A program made the translations under genes and the position numbers. DNA of 64,000 nucleotides from Nymphaea colorata. Taxonomy: Eukaryota. Positions 1 through 14,520 of this stretch are shown here, in pieces; the first letter of the stretch is position 1; each line of letters opens with the position of its first letter. The notes under the pieces were generated by a model. It was not told the DNA's origin and made no database searches. It worked only from the letters and a program-made list of their open reading frames with translations. The stretch lies in the NCBI RefSeq assembly GCF_008831285.2, contig NC_045138.2:25358001-25422000 (forward strand), given 5' to 3'.

Positions 1-181
1 AAAGTAGTTACAGAACAGTTTGAACTTTCCCATTCTCCAAACTAGTTATTTCGATAGCATGCATAAATAGAGTACACAGCGGAAATGCTCGACCGATGGA
101 CGAGTCATTCTTCTCGTAATTTTACGTTTCAATCACAAGTATGATACTTAGACTCTATAGTCCGGAAGACCACAACATAAT

Positions 182-1357
182 TTAATAGTGCCCACCTCCA
201 TAGCCTCCGCCAGCTCCACCACCGTACCCACCCCCGTGGCCTCCCCCAAAACCACCACCATAACCACCGCCTGCCCCACCACCATAGCCTCCTCCAGCAC
301 CACCACCGACTCCTCCACCATACCCTCCTCCAGCACCACCACCATAACCACCACCTGCTCCGCCGCCATAGCCTCCTCCAACACCACCACCAGCTCCTCC
401 GCCATATCCTCCTCCAGCGCCACCACCATAACCACCACCTGCTCCGCCACCATAACCTCCTCCAGCGCCACCACCGGCTCCGCCACCGTAGCCTCCTCCA
501 GCTCCACCACCTGCTCCACCGCCATAGCCGCCTCCTGCCCCACCTCCATATCCACCGCCATGCCCGCCTCCGGCACCACCTCCATACCCACCACCAAGGC
601 CACCACCACCACCGTGCCCACCTCCAGCACCACCACCATAGCCTCCTCCAGCACCACCGCCTACACCACCTCCATACCCACCGCCATGCCCTCCTCCGGC
701 ACCACCACCATAGCCACCGCCAAGGCCTCCTCCTCCACCATGCCCTCCTCCTGCGCCACCACCATAGCCACCTCCAGCACCACCTCCATACCCACCTCCA
801 TGCCCACCTCCGGCACCACCTCCTACGCCACCTCCATAGCCACCGCCATGCCCACCTCCGGCACCACCACCATAGCCACCTCCTACGCCACCTCCATAGC
901 CACCGCCATGTCCACCTCCGGCACCACCACCATAGCCACCTCCAGCACCACCTCCATACCCACCACCATGCCCACCTCCGGCACCACCTCCTGCGCCACC
1001 TCCATACCCACCTCCGGCACCACCACCATAGCCACCGCCTAGGCCGGTTCCACCACCTTGCCCGCCCCCAATGCCACCTCCGTATCCACCTCCAAGGCCA
1101 GAACCACCACCATACCCACCCCCAGCTCCACCTCCATAGCCACCACCGTATCCACCTCCACCACCGACGCCAAAGCCCTTACCAAAGCCACCTCCAAAGA
1201 ACTTATGGAACCACTTACGGTCATCAAGAGGAGGAGCCGGGGTCTGATGACTCTGGTCGTTCATCAACTTCCTGCTATTGGCACTGACATGGAGAAACAG
1301 GAAATTGAGCAAAATGAAGAAGAGGAGGAAGAGCCTTCCTCCCGGGGAGTTAGCCAT
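182..1357 (-). CDS. Secreted glycine-rich cell-wall-type protein (GRP-A1), 391 aa, intronless
   Basis: ORF 182..1495, but the likely start is ATG 1357 (MANSPGGRLFLLFFILLNFLFLHVSA, signal-peptide-like) because a TATA box lies at ~1446-1454, inside the longer ORF. Then NSRKLM...DDRKWFH and GGGY/GGGA/GGGH repeats to TAA at 182-184. Confidence 0.92.
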   Translation of the reverse strand: MANSPGGRLFLLFFILLNFLFLHVSANSRKLMNDQSHQTPAPPLDDRKWFHKFFGGGFGKGFGVGGGGGYGGGYGGGAGGGYGGGSGLGGGYGGGIGGGQGGGTGLGGGYGGGAGGGYGGGAGGGAGGGHGGGYGGGAGGGYGGGAGGGHGGGYGGGVGGGYGGGAGGGHGGGYGGGVGGGAGGGHGGGYGGGAGGGYGGGAGGGHGGGGGLGGGYGGGAGGGHGGGYGGGVGGGAGGGYGGGAGGGHGGGGGLGGGYGGGAGGGHGGGYGGGAGGGYGGGAGGGAGGGYGGGAGGGAGGGYGGGAGGGYGGGAGGGYGGGAGGGVGGGYGGGAGGGYGGGAGGGYGGGVGGGAGGGYGGGAGGGYGGGFGGGHGGGYGGGAGGGYGGGHY

Positions 1358-1445
1358 CTTCTTTCTGTTCTGGTAGCTAGCTCTATAATTTCCTATTCTA
1401 TGGACAGGAATGATTGTGTGTTGAGGAAGTGTGGAAAGCGAGTGG

Positions 1446-1481
1446 TACTTATAGAAGCAGACGGTTGGGCTAGCCATTAAT
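1446..1481 (-). promoter_or_regulatory. Core promoter of GRP-A1 (TATA plus upstream conserved GGC-CCAACC element)
   Basis: Minus strand reads ATTAATGGCTAGCCCAACCGTCTGCTTCTATAAGTA, ~90 bp upstream of the ATG. The same arrangement precedes the other GRP genes. Confidence 0.65.
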
Positions 1482-3743
1482 GAAGATCGATCCATAAGCC
1501 GCGTTCATATGAAGAAAGCACATGGATTGTGTTCTCTAAGCGCGTCTTGTTTAGGTGGAGGGACAAGATTGTTGGGGAGCAAGTAGAGCGGTGCATTGCA
1601 TTATCCAGAATTTAATGCATGATCATCAGCCATTCTTGGCCATCCCTTCCTTAATCTTTTCCTATACAGTAAGACATGTCTCAGTCAAAGCCTGGAAAAT
1701 ATTATTCACTTTACAGTTAACAGTTCTCACGTTCATTTCATTCTCACCTCAATTTTTTCTTCCTTTTCTATTATCAATTATCATTTTTCATTTCCATCCC
1801 TTCCTGCATCCAAAATTCAGTGAGTATTCTGGGAGGATGAATTCCTTATCACTGTATTGGGATAATATATGTTGAACCCCGCTGTCAATTTCTGTAAGTT
1901 GAAAAAGACAAGATCGGCGATGGGATCAATCAAGCTTCTATCCGGTGGCCATGGAATTGGTGAAAAATAACACCACCTCTGGTGCCCATGACGGCGCGTG
2001 CGGGATGGATTAAATCCCCATTTTTTTCTGCGTCGTAAAAAATTACATCATCAAGATGTACACAACGCTGAGGTGTTCCAATCTCTTTCTTGATACTATA
2101 TTTCTCTTTGTAAATATATATTGATCGTCAAGAGCTTACTAATTCGATTAGTATACTAACCTCCTTTGCGTATCAAAGAATGCCTTTGGAAGCGTCAAAA
2201 TAACAATATAGAAAAGAGAAATATTTGAGGACCTGCAACGCAACCAGCAAATTTCCCTGATCAATGTGTTCTGTTGGTGATCAGGTGCTTTGCCATGTCT
2301 TCAAAATTAATCAACTTGCTCGCTTTCAGGCTGTTTGTTACTATTTTATAAATCTGCCCCAAAGATTAGACCAGTTCATGGAACACTATGTAATAGTGCT
2401 CCATAAATTTGTTGCAATTCGTTAAAAGGGATTCACGGAACAATAAGAAACACTGTTGTAGGTCCATTTTTTACCATTATATACAATGGATTTGCAGAAC
2501 ACTAGAACAAATTTCATTAAGATGGAAGGAAGGAATTCTCTGATTAGAAGACAGGGTAGTTAGACAATTAGGAAACAAATTGAAGGATAAGATATCAAGT
2601 CAATAAAGGAGGAGAAGAAGGTGGAACGGTTTGCAAATTCATGGCATCATTTTTATATCGTTTAACAAAGGATTTTAGATTCTTCTTAGACATTCAAAAA
2701 ATTTGAAATCCTAGAATTTAAGTTCCTAATATTTTAAATCACATTAATTCTATGACATAAAGTAATCAGACTCCCCTTAAAGATATCAAGACACATATAA
2801 ATTAAAGATTTTGACTTTTTGTCTTTCTCTAGCAACCTCATTGCCACCACCAACTAATCGATATGCTTTTGAATTGGGATTGCGTATGATGTAGCTATAG
2901 AGATTTCCTTTAAACTTATAAATTCAGAAAAAATTATTTTTCTGAAAGAATTCGTGAAAGTCGAACCGTTTATACATGTTTTTCAAAACCCTGTTACGGA
3001 TGAATATGTAAAACGGTCCCTTGAGTAATTTGAATCCAAACTGCAATTAAAAATCTGAACCACAAGATATCTAATTATCCAGGCATTCAAATAAAAGATT
3101 CCAAACTCGGTTTCTAGCCCTTGAACCATGATTCATCTGCATGCATGGTTACTTTTGCTGATTATAAAAAAAACTTTGTTTATAAGTTAATTTTCGGGAT
3201 ATAGTTGCGCAAGGTTTGTGAAATCGATCGGCTTCCTTTCACAAAAATTAATGTAAATGACGTTTCCTAGAATTTATGACAATCTAAAGCCAACGTTTCA
3301 CAACTTCAATAGATACTTAAGAACGTGGTCTTATCAATATCAATATAAAAAACTTGACGTGAAAAGGCAGCTCATCTCGATCGTTTCCACAAGAGGCGGA
3401 ACCTATGCGCAGATCAAGAATCCGGTATAATTCATTAACAAATTCCAATGAAAATACTTTGAAATCTTATTACGAAGAAGGTCAACTGACGATTGTGAGT
3501 TCTTGGTATGAGTTCATATAGAAATAGAAGGTCAAATAAGAAGAAAATCATAAAGCACACACTCAATTATCGTTCTTCAAAGTAATTGATACAGCAACAT
3601 AGAAGTACAGACGCATAATACATAAAAGTTACACACAAGAAACAGACAGAAACCAGCACAGCTGTCATTTTATTCGGTTCATCTTAATCGAAAGCTTCAG
3701 TTCACGCACTACGTCATAGCTCAGAAGTAGCCATTTTGATTCT

Positions 3744-4262
3744 CTAAGGGTAGCCACCACCGTAGCCACCGCCACCACCGTAGCCACCGCCACCACCGTA
3801 GCCTCCACCAGCACCACCGCCGTACCCTCCACCAACTCCACCACCGTAGCCACCGCCATAACCGCCACCTGCACCACCACCATACCCACCGCCTAAACCA
3901 CCACCGCCACCGTAGCCACCACCACCACCGTAGCCACCACCACCACCGTAGCCACCGCCATAACCGCCACCTGCACCACCGCCATATCCACCACCTAAGC
4001 CGCCACCGTAGCCGCCGCCCAGGCCACCGCCATAACCGCCACCGTAGCCACCGCCGTAACCACCACCGTAGCCGCCGCCCAGACCACCTCCGAAACCCTT
4101 GTGGAACCACTTTTGGTCATCGACTGGAGCCTTATCAACTCCTTTTTCGGGAGTGTGAAGAGTCTGATCACTCAGCAACTTGCGAGAGTCAGCACTGGCA
4201 TGAAGCACGAGAAGGGTGAGCACAAGGAGGAGGAAGAGGCTTCCTCCACGATAAGACGCCAT
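3744..4262 (-). CDS. Secreted glycine-rich protein (GRP-A2), 172 aa
   Basis: MASYRGGSLFLLLVLTLLVLHASA signal-like N-terminus, SRKLL...DDQKWFH linker, GGGY repeats ending GGGYP*. CTATAAGTA at ~4341-4349. Confidence 0.93.
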   Translation of the reverse strand: MASYRGGSLFLLLVLTLLVLHASADSRKLLSDQTLHTPEKGVDKAPVDDQKWFHKGFGGGLGGGYGGGYGGGYGGGYGGGLGGGYGGGLGGGYGGGAGGGYGGGYGGGGGYGGGGGYGGGGGLGGGYGGGAGGGYGGGYGGGVGGGYGGGAGGGYGGGGGYGGGGGYGGGYP

Positions 4263-4828
4263 CTTTTCTTAGGTTTAGCTCCGGTTCCTTCTCTTTGGAG
4301 CAATGGAGATTGTGTGGAGATAAACTCGGTTTCCAGTTGGTACTTATAGTGCAGAACGGTTGGGGTGGCCATTAATGAAGGTCGATCAGCCACGTAGACG
4401 ACGAATAAGATCACATGCTTCGTGGCCACTAACAGTGTGTTTTTGGGTCAAGGAAAGAGACAGAATCGTTGCAGGAATTAGAGATTGCATTATCCTTCTT
4501 TAATGCAAGGCCTACCAATCTCGAGTACTCGGTCATCCTTGTGATTTCTCCTTTTTAAATGATTTGGCGGTAAGAAACCTCTCAATCTTGTTAAAATCTT
4601 GCTTTTTAGTTTGTTTCATAAGCTTTCCCTTTTCTTCCTTTCTTTACATGATGTTCATTTTCATCACCATTAGACTACGGCCGCCCACATGTGTTTTGCT
4701 ACGTAACGAGAAAGATCGATTATTTCTCAAAAAATTTTCAGGTCTCCGTTGTTTCTAGTTGCAATCTGGTTAAAGTTTGCATTTCAAATATAATTACAAC
4801 ATTAATTCGTAAGTTACTTTTCAGCATG

Positions 4829-4951
<123 letters not shown>

Positions 4952-7900
4952 TGAAAACTTGCAATTAAAAAGAAAAGCATTTTTGTCATTAACCATACTG
5001 GCAAAAAAAATTTCATGCACCAATACAACCTACATAATCAGGAACAGTTGAGGCTGAGGTTGGTCGAATCCAGCCTTAATCAACCCAATATAATAGGACT
5101 CGGATTAGGCTTTGATTCGGACCCCATATTTACAACTGGATTCACATTGGTCTGGCGTATATAAAATTTAACAATATTCACATGTAACTTTGTCGGATCT
5201 CTATTGAATTTCAGTTGGACATATTACTCCAATTTTAATGATTAAGAAACTGCATACTGAATCAAAATTGACCAATTAGTAATTCAATCTTTACGAGATC
5301 CAATTAAATGGATTCAGAACAGAATTGGTCATTGGACGTATGGAATATTCCATTTTCATCCCCAATGAAAACATATGGATTCACGCTTGAATCAATACTT
5401 TCTTGAATGTGTAAATGCGATTTTATAACTAAGACACTGTAGAAAAATGGTGAGCGTTCAACCATTGATTACTGCAGTACATAATCAAAATAAAGAGATT
5501 CACGATCCGAGCTTTCGCTTTTGAACCTTTTAGACGACCAAGAACGATGGAGTTGCACCTGGTCATGAATTTCCCGATACGCTGCGTAATATGTGGTTAA
5601 TTAGATGTGAACTTACGGTGTGACTGGTTCATTTTCATCAGTGCGTCATGCAATGAGCGCCCATTAAATCTTCACCCGTGGCGAGGATGAGAGTTTCAGA
5701 AACGGCCATGTTTTCAATTATGGTTTGTTGAGTGCATCAGAGTTGAATCAAATTAATTAACTGATCGTTAGTTCATTACAGTTTGATTTCACTAACATGG
5801 ACCCATCATCGCTGAATTTGGTTATTGCTGATGGGGTATGTTTTGTCACGGAATGAATAAATTAGCGATGCGGTTAATAATCTACAGCTGCCTGAAAAAA
5901 GAGGCCGCGATGGCCTTAGTTCTCTCTGCCTTCCGGATTTTTGGGCTGCAACGCGACCTGGGTGGGCAGCGAGTTTATCTTAATCAGCGCGATAGAAGCA
6001 CCCCCAACTTTTTGCGGTCGAAAAGAGTAGCACTTATACAAATCGAAATAAAAATGTGCCCATCTGATGTGCTACGCCCCTCGAGACTAACAACACAACT
6101 TCCATTGATGTTCCTAATGACAATGATGTAGCATTGGTGATTTTCATTGCTAACTACTTTATGACGATACTGAACCAACCCATTTATTGCAGTAATCAGG
6201 CACTGTATTGAATTGCTTCATGGTTTTTTATTTTAGGCTCCATTCATTTGTATGTAATTTCAATGCCTTTGTTTTGATTAATGAAAAAGGTTGAGAACAA
6301 AAGAGTAGGGACCGCCAAACTTGATCCAAAATTAATATTTGGTGCAAGTGGGTCGGACCTAGGGGTGGACCCAAGAATTTTTCATTATAAGAGCTGAATT
6401 AGAGTTTCAAAATTTTAACATCAAATGAGTTGACTCTTATTCAATTAAGAGAAGGATCTAACTCTTATACCTATGCGTGAAGGTTGAAAGGCTGACACCA
6501 TTGTATAAATGTATATACACATTTGAAAGGAGTGGAACCATAACTCTAGTTAGCCTTAAAGAAAGGGCAAGGACCAGTTTGACTTTAGGCCCAGGGCGAG
6601 CACCGACGACAACCTTGACTTGAACTATCATTTCTGAAAGAAGTTTCAAGATCGAACACTTGTCTTTCCTGATCTGAGTATGGCTTACGCAACTCCTTGA
6701 TATAAAGTTTTAACTTATTGCAAATAAAGAGTGATAGTGTGCTACTCGTTTGGTTGCATTGTTTTTCACATATAAAAGCTCTAAGTTCGATTCAACTGTA
6801 TAACTTGACACAAGTGTGCATGTTGGGCAGATAGAAATCAGAGAGAAATTCTTCTTGTTATTTATACCATGCATGTATGGATCTCATCTCTCATGGGGAT
6901 TTATTTTTTACTTTATGTACGTACGATGTGTTTTGTTAATAAATATAGAGGCCTATCCTCTAACAGCATTTTCATCATGAGGTGTGCCTAGTATAAAGAT
7001 GGTCTAACTGGTAGGCTGGTGAGAGTTCGATCGTCAATTTGATTCTTGTGGACGCTACTCTCACCACCACAATAATATTTGGATTTTGCCAACAGAGCCG
7101 TTGCCAATTCATATGCCAACGCTCCAAAGCGGTCAAGAAAAGTCTAGTCGGCATAAAAATTCCCAATTGGCAAATGGCATTAAGAATTTACTTAGACATT
7201 ATCGACGGTTTAATTTAAGGTCATTGGGAGACCACTAGATCTATCGCGGTGAAGAATGGCATTGCTGTAAAGTGTTCTCCTCCAATGGTATTTGTTGTCG
7301 ACGGTTCCTTGGCCTTCCCCCTGGTTACTTCTTATCGAAATATTACCTTTTTGTTGTAATGTTTTTTGGACTGCAATCGATAGATGCACAACACCACAGT
7401 TAGTGTTGGGTGTTCTGCTTCCCACCCAGTTTTTGAAGCAGCACCTGTGGGTGGGAGAAACAGGGGAGAGACTTTGACCTCTCCAGGTATCTTCCTTCCC
7501 GTTCTAGGAGAGTTTTTCAAAAGTAAAGGCACCAACCACCAAGTTTGACAGGGACAACAATATGAGAAGTGGCATGAACCACGAACTTTAATTTACAATG
7601 ACACCAATTTGAAATTTCAGACATGCAAAAGCTTGGAAGTTCATCTATAATCTCCAACTTGACAACTTTTACACTTCTTTGTTCCACATCTCTTTACATG
7701 TTTATCTGTTATAAGGTCCTTTAGATGTTCAAATCGTACGCTCTTATGTGGAAGGTTTAGATCACGATCCATTAAAACTGCGTAACTAATTGAGTATAGC
7801 AGAGACTACCAACCACCAAGTTTTACAATTGCAACAATATGAGAAAATTCAGACTACAGAAGTGATAAGATTGAGATTTTATCCAGTGTTCGACTTGACG

Positions 7901-10900
7901 CTCTTTGAATTAATTTCTTATGCCACCTGTTCGCACCTCTTTGCACTCCTTTGCGGGTCATTTGGCGATTTAAATGATCAGATTGCATTTTTTATCTTAT
8001 GTCAAAGTTCAACTAAAATCCATATAAAGATTTTGAGCACATATTAACGATAGGGCCGAGACTTTGTATACGTTTTCAACTTGTGCACTACTTTATCAAC
8101 TTGTGCACTACTTGCCGTGAAGAAGTTGTTTTAAGCTATAAAAGTCAAAAAAAACTTTTCCAATGCAAACACATTATAGTGGCTTTTCTTTTTCCCATAA
8201 AAAGGATAACTGATCTTATAAGGTAGCTATCATCAGAAAAAGCAGGTAGGTGCACTTAATATTGCTCATTTATTAATTGTTGACCCCTTTACTTCCCAAC
8301 TTTCTCAAATGAACGGCCTATATTGGTACGAGCAATTTTTAATGCATAAATGATTGCTGAAGGGACCTTCGTATTTATTTCTGATCTTACTTTTTATTAC
8401 TATGGCTCAAGGAGTGAAGCTTAGAAACTTAATGAGCGATCAACTAATATATATGTGCTGCAGCAGGTCAAGTCTACGAGTCAGATTGTGTCTAAGCACA
8501 TTTTGTTCGCAAAAATGTATTCATTCATATTGATTAAATCAAGAAATCTTATGTTGGCGCTATCACAACTCTTTTGCGTTTATTTCTTGTAGATTTGAAT
8601 TTGATATGTTGATAAAGGTACATGAAATTTATTTGGGATCTTATTAGAGCTAGTTGTTTTAACTTATGGCATGCACGTATTCAAATAACTGAAAACGTAT
8701 GATAAATCAACCTGTTGTTAATTGAGAATTTTGATAAAAGTTAATGCATTTTCAGTGGCTACCAAAAAAAATCTTAATAAATATGGGAACCAATATAGCA
8801 TTCAAGAGTTGAAATCCAACTAGACATTAATCCCGTAACGTACATGCATGGCTGGTCAAGAAACTATAAAATGAGACACATAAAGTTCATATATTGACAA
8901 ACCTACACGAAAAATAACGTTTGCGGTCTAATTTTTCAAAACAAATGAAAAATAACTTTTCTTTGTTATAGAAATAGCAAGAGCTTACCATTTGATGCAA
9001 GGAACGCTGATCGAGTGCATACTGACAGCAAGTAATTACCAAACCTTCATATAATTGACTGATGGGTACTATCTGAGTGATTGATTTTAGAGATTAAATT
9101 ACAAATATAAAAGCAAAATTATTTTCTAAATAGTTCAAAATATCTTTTAAAAAAAGAGAGAAAGAAAATAGATAATGGAAGAAGGAGGGACAAGTCTACT
9201 TGTACAACTAGCTTCAATTAAATTTATAACTAAGAGGTTATTGCCTTCCCTTAAAATATAACCCTGGAAAAATGTCCCTGTCCATTTGAAAAATCAGAAA
9301 TTCCATTGAATATATTTTTAAGTAGGAAAAATCTTTGCATATATGTTTGTTTCTACATTCAACCGTATTTTTGAAGACTTGAAGCATGTTATTCTTGATT
9401 ATTTTATATTTTTTTGCGTCATGGGAAAGGCAATATGTCCGGCTGGATTGCAAACGAGAGGACGAGTGGTCCCTCGGCAATGACCGTCACGACACGGACA
9501 AGATCTCGGCAATACGTCAACCTCCAATCGACATGACAACCGACCAAACAGCGGCCGAGTTACAAGTTTTCTTACAAGGAGTTATAATTTACAAATTTTT
9601 TGCCAGGACCTAAGCATATATTTTAAAATATCTGAATCGGCTAAATAATTTTTTTTTTTTAATCACATTAGGAGCCACCTTCAACACTCTCTTTCCTTTT
9701 TTTTCTTCTTCTCTCTCTCCCTACTCTTTTTCATTTTTTTTCTCCTTTTTCTTAATATATAAGAGAAAGAGAGCCAACAAAATGAAACATGTGATGACAA
9801 TGCCTCACCAATCAACACAAATAAAAAAGATAAAAGTGACATAAGAAGAAAAATTAGCAAATAAAACAAAAAACAAATGACATGAAAAACAAAACATTTG
9901 TCTTCACGACGCATCAAAACTGAGACAACACTCACTGCGTCTTTCTACTAACTAGCCTTCTCTCTCGCATTTTATGTTTCTTTTCTTTTGTGTGGCTTTC
10001 CCTGTTTTTCATTTTTTATACTTGGTGAGAAGTTGTCACACCAAGTTTTGTTATAGAGGTGATTCTAATTCGGGTTGAAAGAAATATTTTTTTCAAGAGG
10101 TCGAATCCTCTTTTTTAAGACTTAGGCCGAAAGCGATACACTTATCAACTACAATGTTGTGCGTCCACCAATTGTAGTCTAGATTTCAAGTTAGATATGC
10201 AAATCGATAAAATTTGATATCAAAGTTCTGCCATCTTAATTACTCGTACCGGATTTGATTATGAGCGGATGTCCAAGTATCCAAATTCGATCTAATTATA
10301 TCCCGGCAGTCTATACACTATCCTTTATGGACTTAGTCATAACTGTAGTTCAATACGCAAGTGCATTGAACTTGTTGGGTTCAAGCCCTTTTGTAAACCC
10401 TAGCTAGTTGACAACTTGCTTCTTCACAACTTGACAGAACCTTGACCTTAGCTGAAGGTATTGGATTCTAGCTGTTTCCAACATGGCGAAGGCCAACCCC
10501 TTCCATGAGGAAATGGTCGCCATGAAAGGGAAAGAATGCATAATAAATATGGAAGACAATTAATACAATGAGATATCCATCACAAGGGATGTGAAGTAGC
10601 CGCTAAAAAGGAGCCTCATGCTGTCTAGCTTTGTCTCTAACTCCCATGTGCATTGTCTACTTTTTCCATTTTCTTGAAGGGTGGACTTCAATTAATAAGA
10701 ACCAAATCTTATGACAACAAACAAATTGACCCATTCAATATCGAGTGACAGTTTTATAAGTCATGACTTGGGGAAGACTAATTGAAGTTAGTCGGCCTTT
10801 GGTTGAATCACCCAACAAAGCAGACTTTATATTGCAAGTCAGATGAATATATATATATATATATATAAAATAAAATGGAAGGCTCTTATAATTAAGTTGC

Positions 10901-13759
10901 CGACTATGTGAGGTGGAATGGGCAGCCAATCATCCTCTCTCGGGGAGGCTACAACTCGTCAAATTCAACTTAGGTAGGGACATTTTGTCACAGGATTATT
11001 GGGACAACTATATACATCATGTACATTTTTTTCCAAATGCCATAAATGCACCTACTTAATCTGCAATCATGTATTGGATAGGAACGATCGACAACCATTT
11101 CTGCGTTATGTTGTAACACCACCGAAAACTGTGTTTCCACAGTGGCATTTGGGTCATTTATGGAGATTTTTTTTTTACTCTTACTTTTTTTTGCTCGTTG
11201 AAAAAGGCTATCCATTTAGTCATAAGGGACATTTTGGTAATTTTCAAGAAACTTTTTTTTAAGGCGACTAATTCATCTCTTAAGAGAGGTATGGTTTACA
11301 AAGTTTGCAAGCGTATTGAGACGTGACAGTGATCATTTTAGGATTTAAATACAAGTCCCAAACTAAACAGGCTTTTATAAATGTAAATGAGAGAAATTGT
11401 ACTAAGAAGTTAATAAGAAAATAAATATTTTTATGGCTATGTATGGCCAATTACATACCCACACCTGCCTTCAATCCAGATTCCGCATCGTGCCTGGTTC
11501 AAGTGTATTCTACCACTCAATGAATTAGACTCCTTCACTGTCAAAGGATTTGTGTGTGTGTGTGTGTGTCAAAAATTCATAGCCACATATGCAACATTTG
11601 AATATATAACTTATACATAATATACACATTATATAACTCCCCTGGATCCAACCAATTTCATGAACAAGATCTTCAAGTTACGTCCCAACTGAGAAGGATT
11701 GTATCTGGCCCCATGTGTATTTTTAGTGTCATTATATTATTAGATAGCAGATCCAGATACAGTCAATCCGAGTCATTATCACCCAAACTTTGGATCACAA
11801 TTATGTTGCCCACATGCCATCTCCTCCTTCTTCTCTTCCCTCTTTTATTGTGTTAGGTGCAACTTTGACTTGCACTTAATAACAGTAGTGGATCCTACCA
11901 CTTAATAATCAATGCTAGCTGGTTCTACAAGCGACTAAGTTCGATCTTTCTCTGTTTCATGGGTCTGTAGAAACTTTATCCGTGATACTTGGCAAGAACC
12001 TGTAGAGAGAAATTTATTTTATTTAAAATAATTTTGTGAAAGGAAATATAACTTGTTAAAGCTGACATGTTTTGTGATATCAGATCAACGATACATATAT
12101 GTATACATATATAATAATTGACACCACTGAAGGTCAAGCTAGAATTTAACGTCGGCATTTTAGAAGGTGTCTGCCTAACTAGTCTTTGCCTAAAACCAAA
12201 GGATCCGCATTCTTCTCCCTATATGCAGCTGACTGTCTGTACAAGCTTCAACAACTCCGTGATCAAAAGCAGCAAATGTATTTCATTCCTTTTGGCAAGA
12301 TCAATGTGTTTATGAGAAAATGAAGGCAAATTTAGCAGTACCAACAACCAGATCATGCGAATTTTCTCTGTGAGAGGAAGAGTTGGTTGGAAAGATTATT
12401 GATAATTAATGTGCAGAAGACAATCTACTTCGTGGGTGTCTGTTGGTTACTTTTCTTCCATTAAAAAGGCCTTGTTAAGAAGGGTATATTTATCTTGAGG
12501 TCCCATTTATTCGCTGGGTACAAAAACAGAAATTTGTCTGCAACTTGAACTCAATATAAAATCTCATAATGTCTTTTGATCGAATTTGATTGGTGCAGCT
12601 GCAATTTTTATGGGCTGTTTCGCACGAGAAACAATGTGCAAGTGTTTAATGAATCTGACCTAATTATTGAGGTATGAATCTGGCCTAATTGAGGTAGATT
12701 CATGATTATCAATTTGATAAGCATTGGGGAGCTCAAAACTCTAGAGCCTGATGCATCATTTTATGGGACTTGAAAGATCATTGGCTACCCCCTCACATGG
12801 ACTTGCCCTTGCAGGCCCGGGCTGAGATACGCGGCCATATCAACATTGATGAAAATGGAACGCCATTGATATTAAGTAGGAAAAATTTTGCCTTTGCATC
12901 TGAATCCAAATTCGATATGAATATACAAGTTAGCTCCAACTTTGATCTTCAAATCAAATCAGGTCTTTTAAAAACCCATTTAAAATTTGAATCTGACTAT
13001 GTCAAACCCAACCACGAGGGACTTGCTAACCAGGACTGAAGTTTGGAATGTTCAAATTCGGTGTGATGATCTTTCTTATTTAATGGAAGAAAAAAGAAAG
13101 AAGTTATAAGCGTTTTTTTTTTGTGGGGTGAGAGAGAGAAAGATATCACATATTTTTGAAGCCATATGCTACCTCTCCACAGTTATCTTGATATACAAGT
13201 AACTAGAGGCGAAAAAAAACAGAAAATTTTTGATGCCATATGCTACAGATTAAGCAAAACATAGGCTTTCTTGGATGCCTTTGGCCTCTCACAGATGCAA
13301 CATGCATCCCCATGCATTTGGCTGAGTGTGAGTGCATTCGGCTGCGTGTGTAAGAGGCTGGATGGACAGATGGCTGGAGGATTTTAGCTCCTCCAAAGTA
13401 AAGATACCTGGAAATTGGAATCGCCATAGGAAGGAAAAGCTTTCCATCACTGAAGCCTTCAAACAAGTTAATCATCATCATAAGCATTTAATTTCTAATT
13501 GTTTGTATATTAGAAATAAATGGAAAGAATCATACCAACTAGGGCTTTGCTCATCTGGTGGGGAAAATTCATGAACTGTGTCAAGTTTACGAGAGGTGAG
13601 TACAGAGCCCATGGAATGGAAGTCATCCCACCGTCACAATGGAGTGGGTTGGTATGATTATAATGTATCAGTTAGAGACCTGCTAATTGTTCTCCTCTAT
13701 TAGGAATAAATCTGCTATTTGGTCTTTCTTTGGGGGACGAGCAGTGCATGCCTCTTTTG

Positions 13760-14520
13760 TTCTGGTCAGGCACTATCATCCGAGGACTCTTTGATCATTT
13801 GCAAACTCACAAATGGAATAATTTTTGCTTTGTTTGCATTGTTAAAAGAGTAATAGTCATCGTCTACCCTTTAACAAGGCTTCTACACTAGTATATGGAT
13901 TCTTAGACATTGTTTATTCTTATGTTTGGGACCCTGCGCCCATAACTAGTATTGATGGATATAGATATTATGTTTTATTTGTTGATGCCTATTCAAGATA
14001 TTCTTGAATATATCTTATCAAGAACAAATAAGACTTATATGCAGTTTTTCAAAAGTTTAAATCACATGCTAAGTTTGTTACATGTGCAAAAATTAAATTT
14101 CTACATTCCGATTGGGACGGAAAATATCAAGGTCTTACTTGTTTTCTTGAATCAAATGGAATTGGACATAGAATTTCTTGTCCTCACACTCCAGAACAAA
14201 ATGGTGCAATTAAAATACGTCATCGCCATGTCGTTGAAACCGGGCTCACTATGTTAGCTGATGCTTGCATGCCAAGCAAGTATTGGTCTTATTTCTTTCA
14301 TACAACCATATATCTTATAAACAGAGTGTCCACCAAAAATCTTGGAGGACTAAGTCCATTTCAAGTCATGTTCAAAAACAAACCAGATTACAATTTCTTA
14401 CAAATTTTTGGATGTGCATGTTTCCTATGCTTTGTGGCCAAATAAGAAAAATAAATTTGAGCATAAATATGAAAAATATGTTTTTTTGGGCTATGCTCCA
14501 AGACATCATGGATATTTTTG
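13760..14520 (+). mobile_element. Degenerate Ty1/copia integrase remnant
   Basis: From 13861: RLPF...DIVYSYVWDPAPITSIDGYRYYVLFVDAYSRYS*IY...LHSDWDGKY...HRISCPHTPEQNG...HRHVVETGLTML...YLINR...FLQIFGCACF, with in-frame stops. No LTRs found. Ends approximate. Confidence 0.85.

Larger units (their letters stand above)
1..3790 (+). repeat. Segmental duplication copy A (paralogous to ~21396-22205 plus 27885-30645)
   Basis: Position 1 aaagtagttacagaacagtttgaa matches 21396 aagtagttgcagaacagtttgaa. Collinear similarity continues through the GRP gene, the intergenic region and the GRP-A2 3' UTR/C-terminus. Confidence 0.9.

Noticed and set aside
188..1042. 284-aa Thr/Ser-rich mucin-like ORF on the plus strand
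   Set aside because: Antisense shadow of GGN-rich GRP codons. No signal peptide or promoter.
1358..1495. 46-aa N-terminal extension of GRP-A1
   Set aside because: Overlaps the TATA box, and the equivalent region in GRP-B1 is not in frame with its ATG.
3721..4110. Trp/Arg-rich ORFs resembling antimicrobial peptides (also 59907-60272, 63002-63352)
   Set aside because: Alternative frames of GGT/GGC repeats automatically give W/R runs, and the starts are non-ATG.
4985..5003. 19-bp match gtcattaaccatactggca also at ~56724
   Set aside because: Short isolated match, probably a dispersed repeat fragment. No further structure supportable.
7030..7560. Possible very old copia RT remnant (faint KAVKK / WQMALRIYL-like words)
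   Set aside because: Too degenerate to support by eye. Needs BLASTX.
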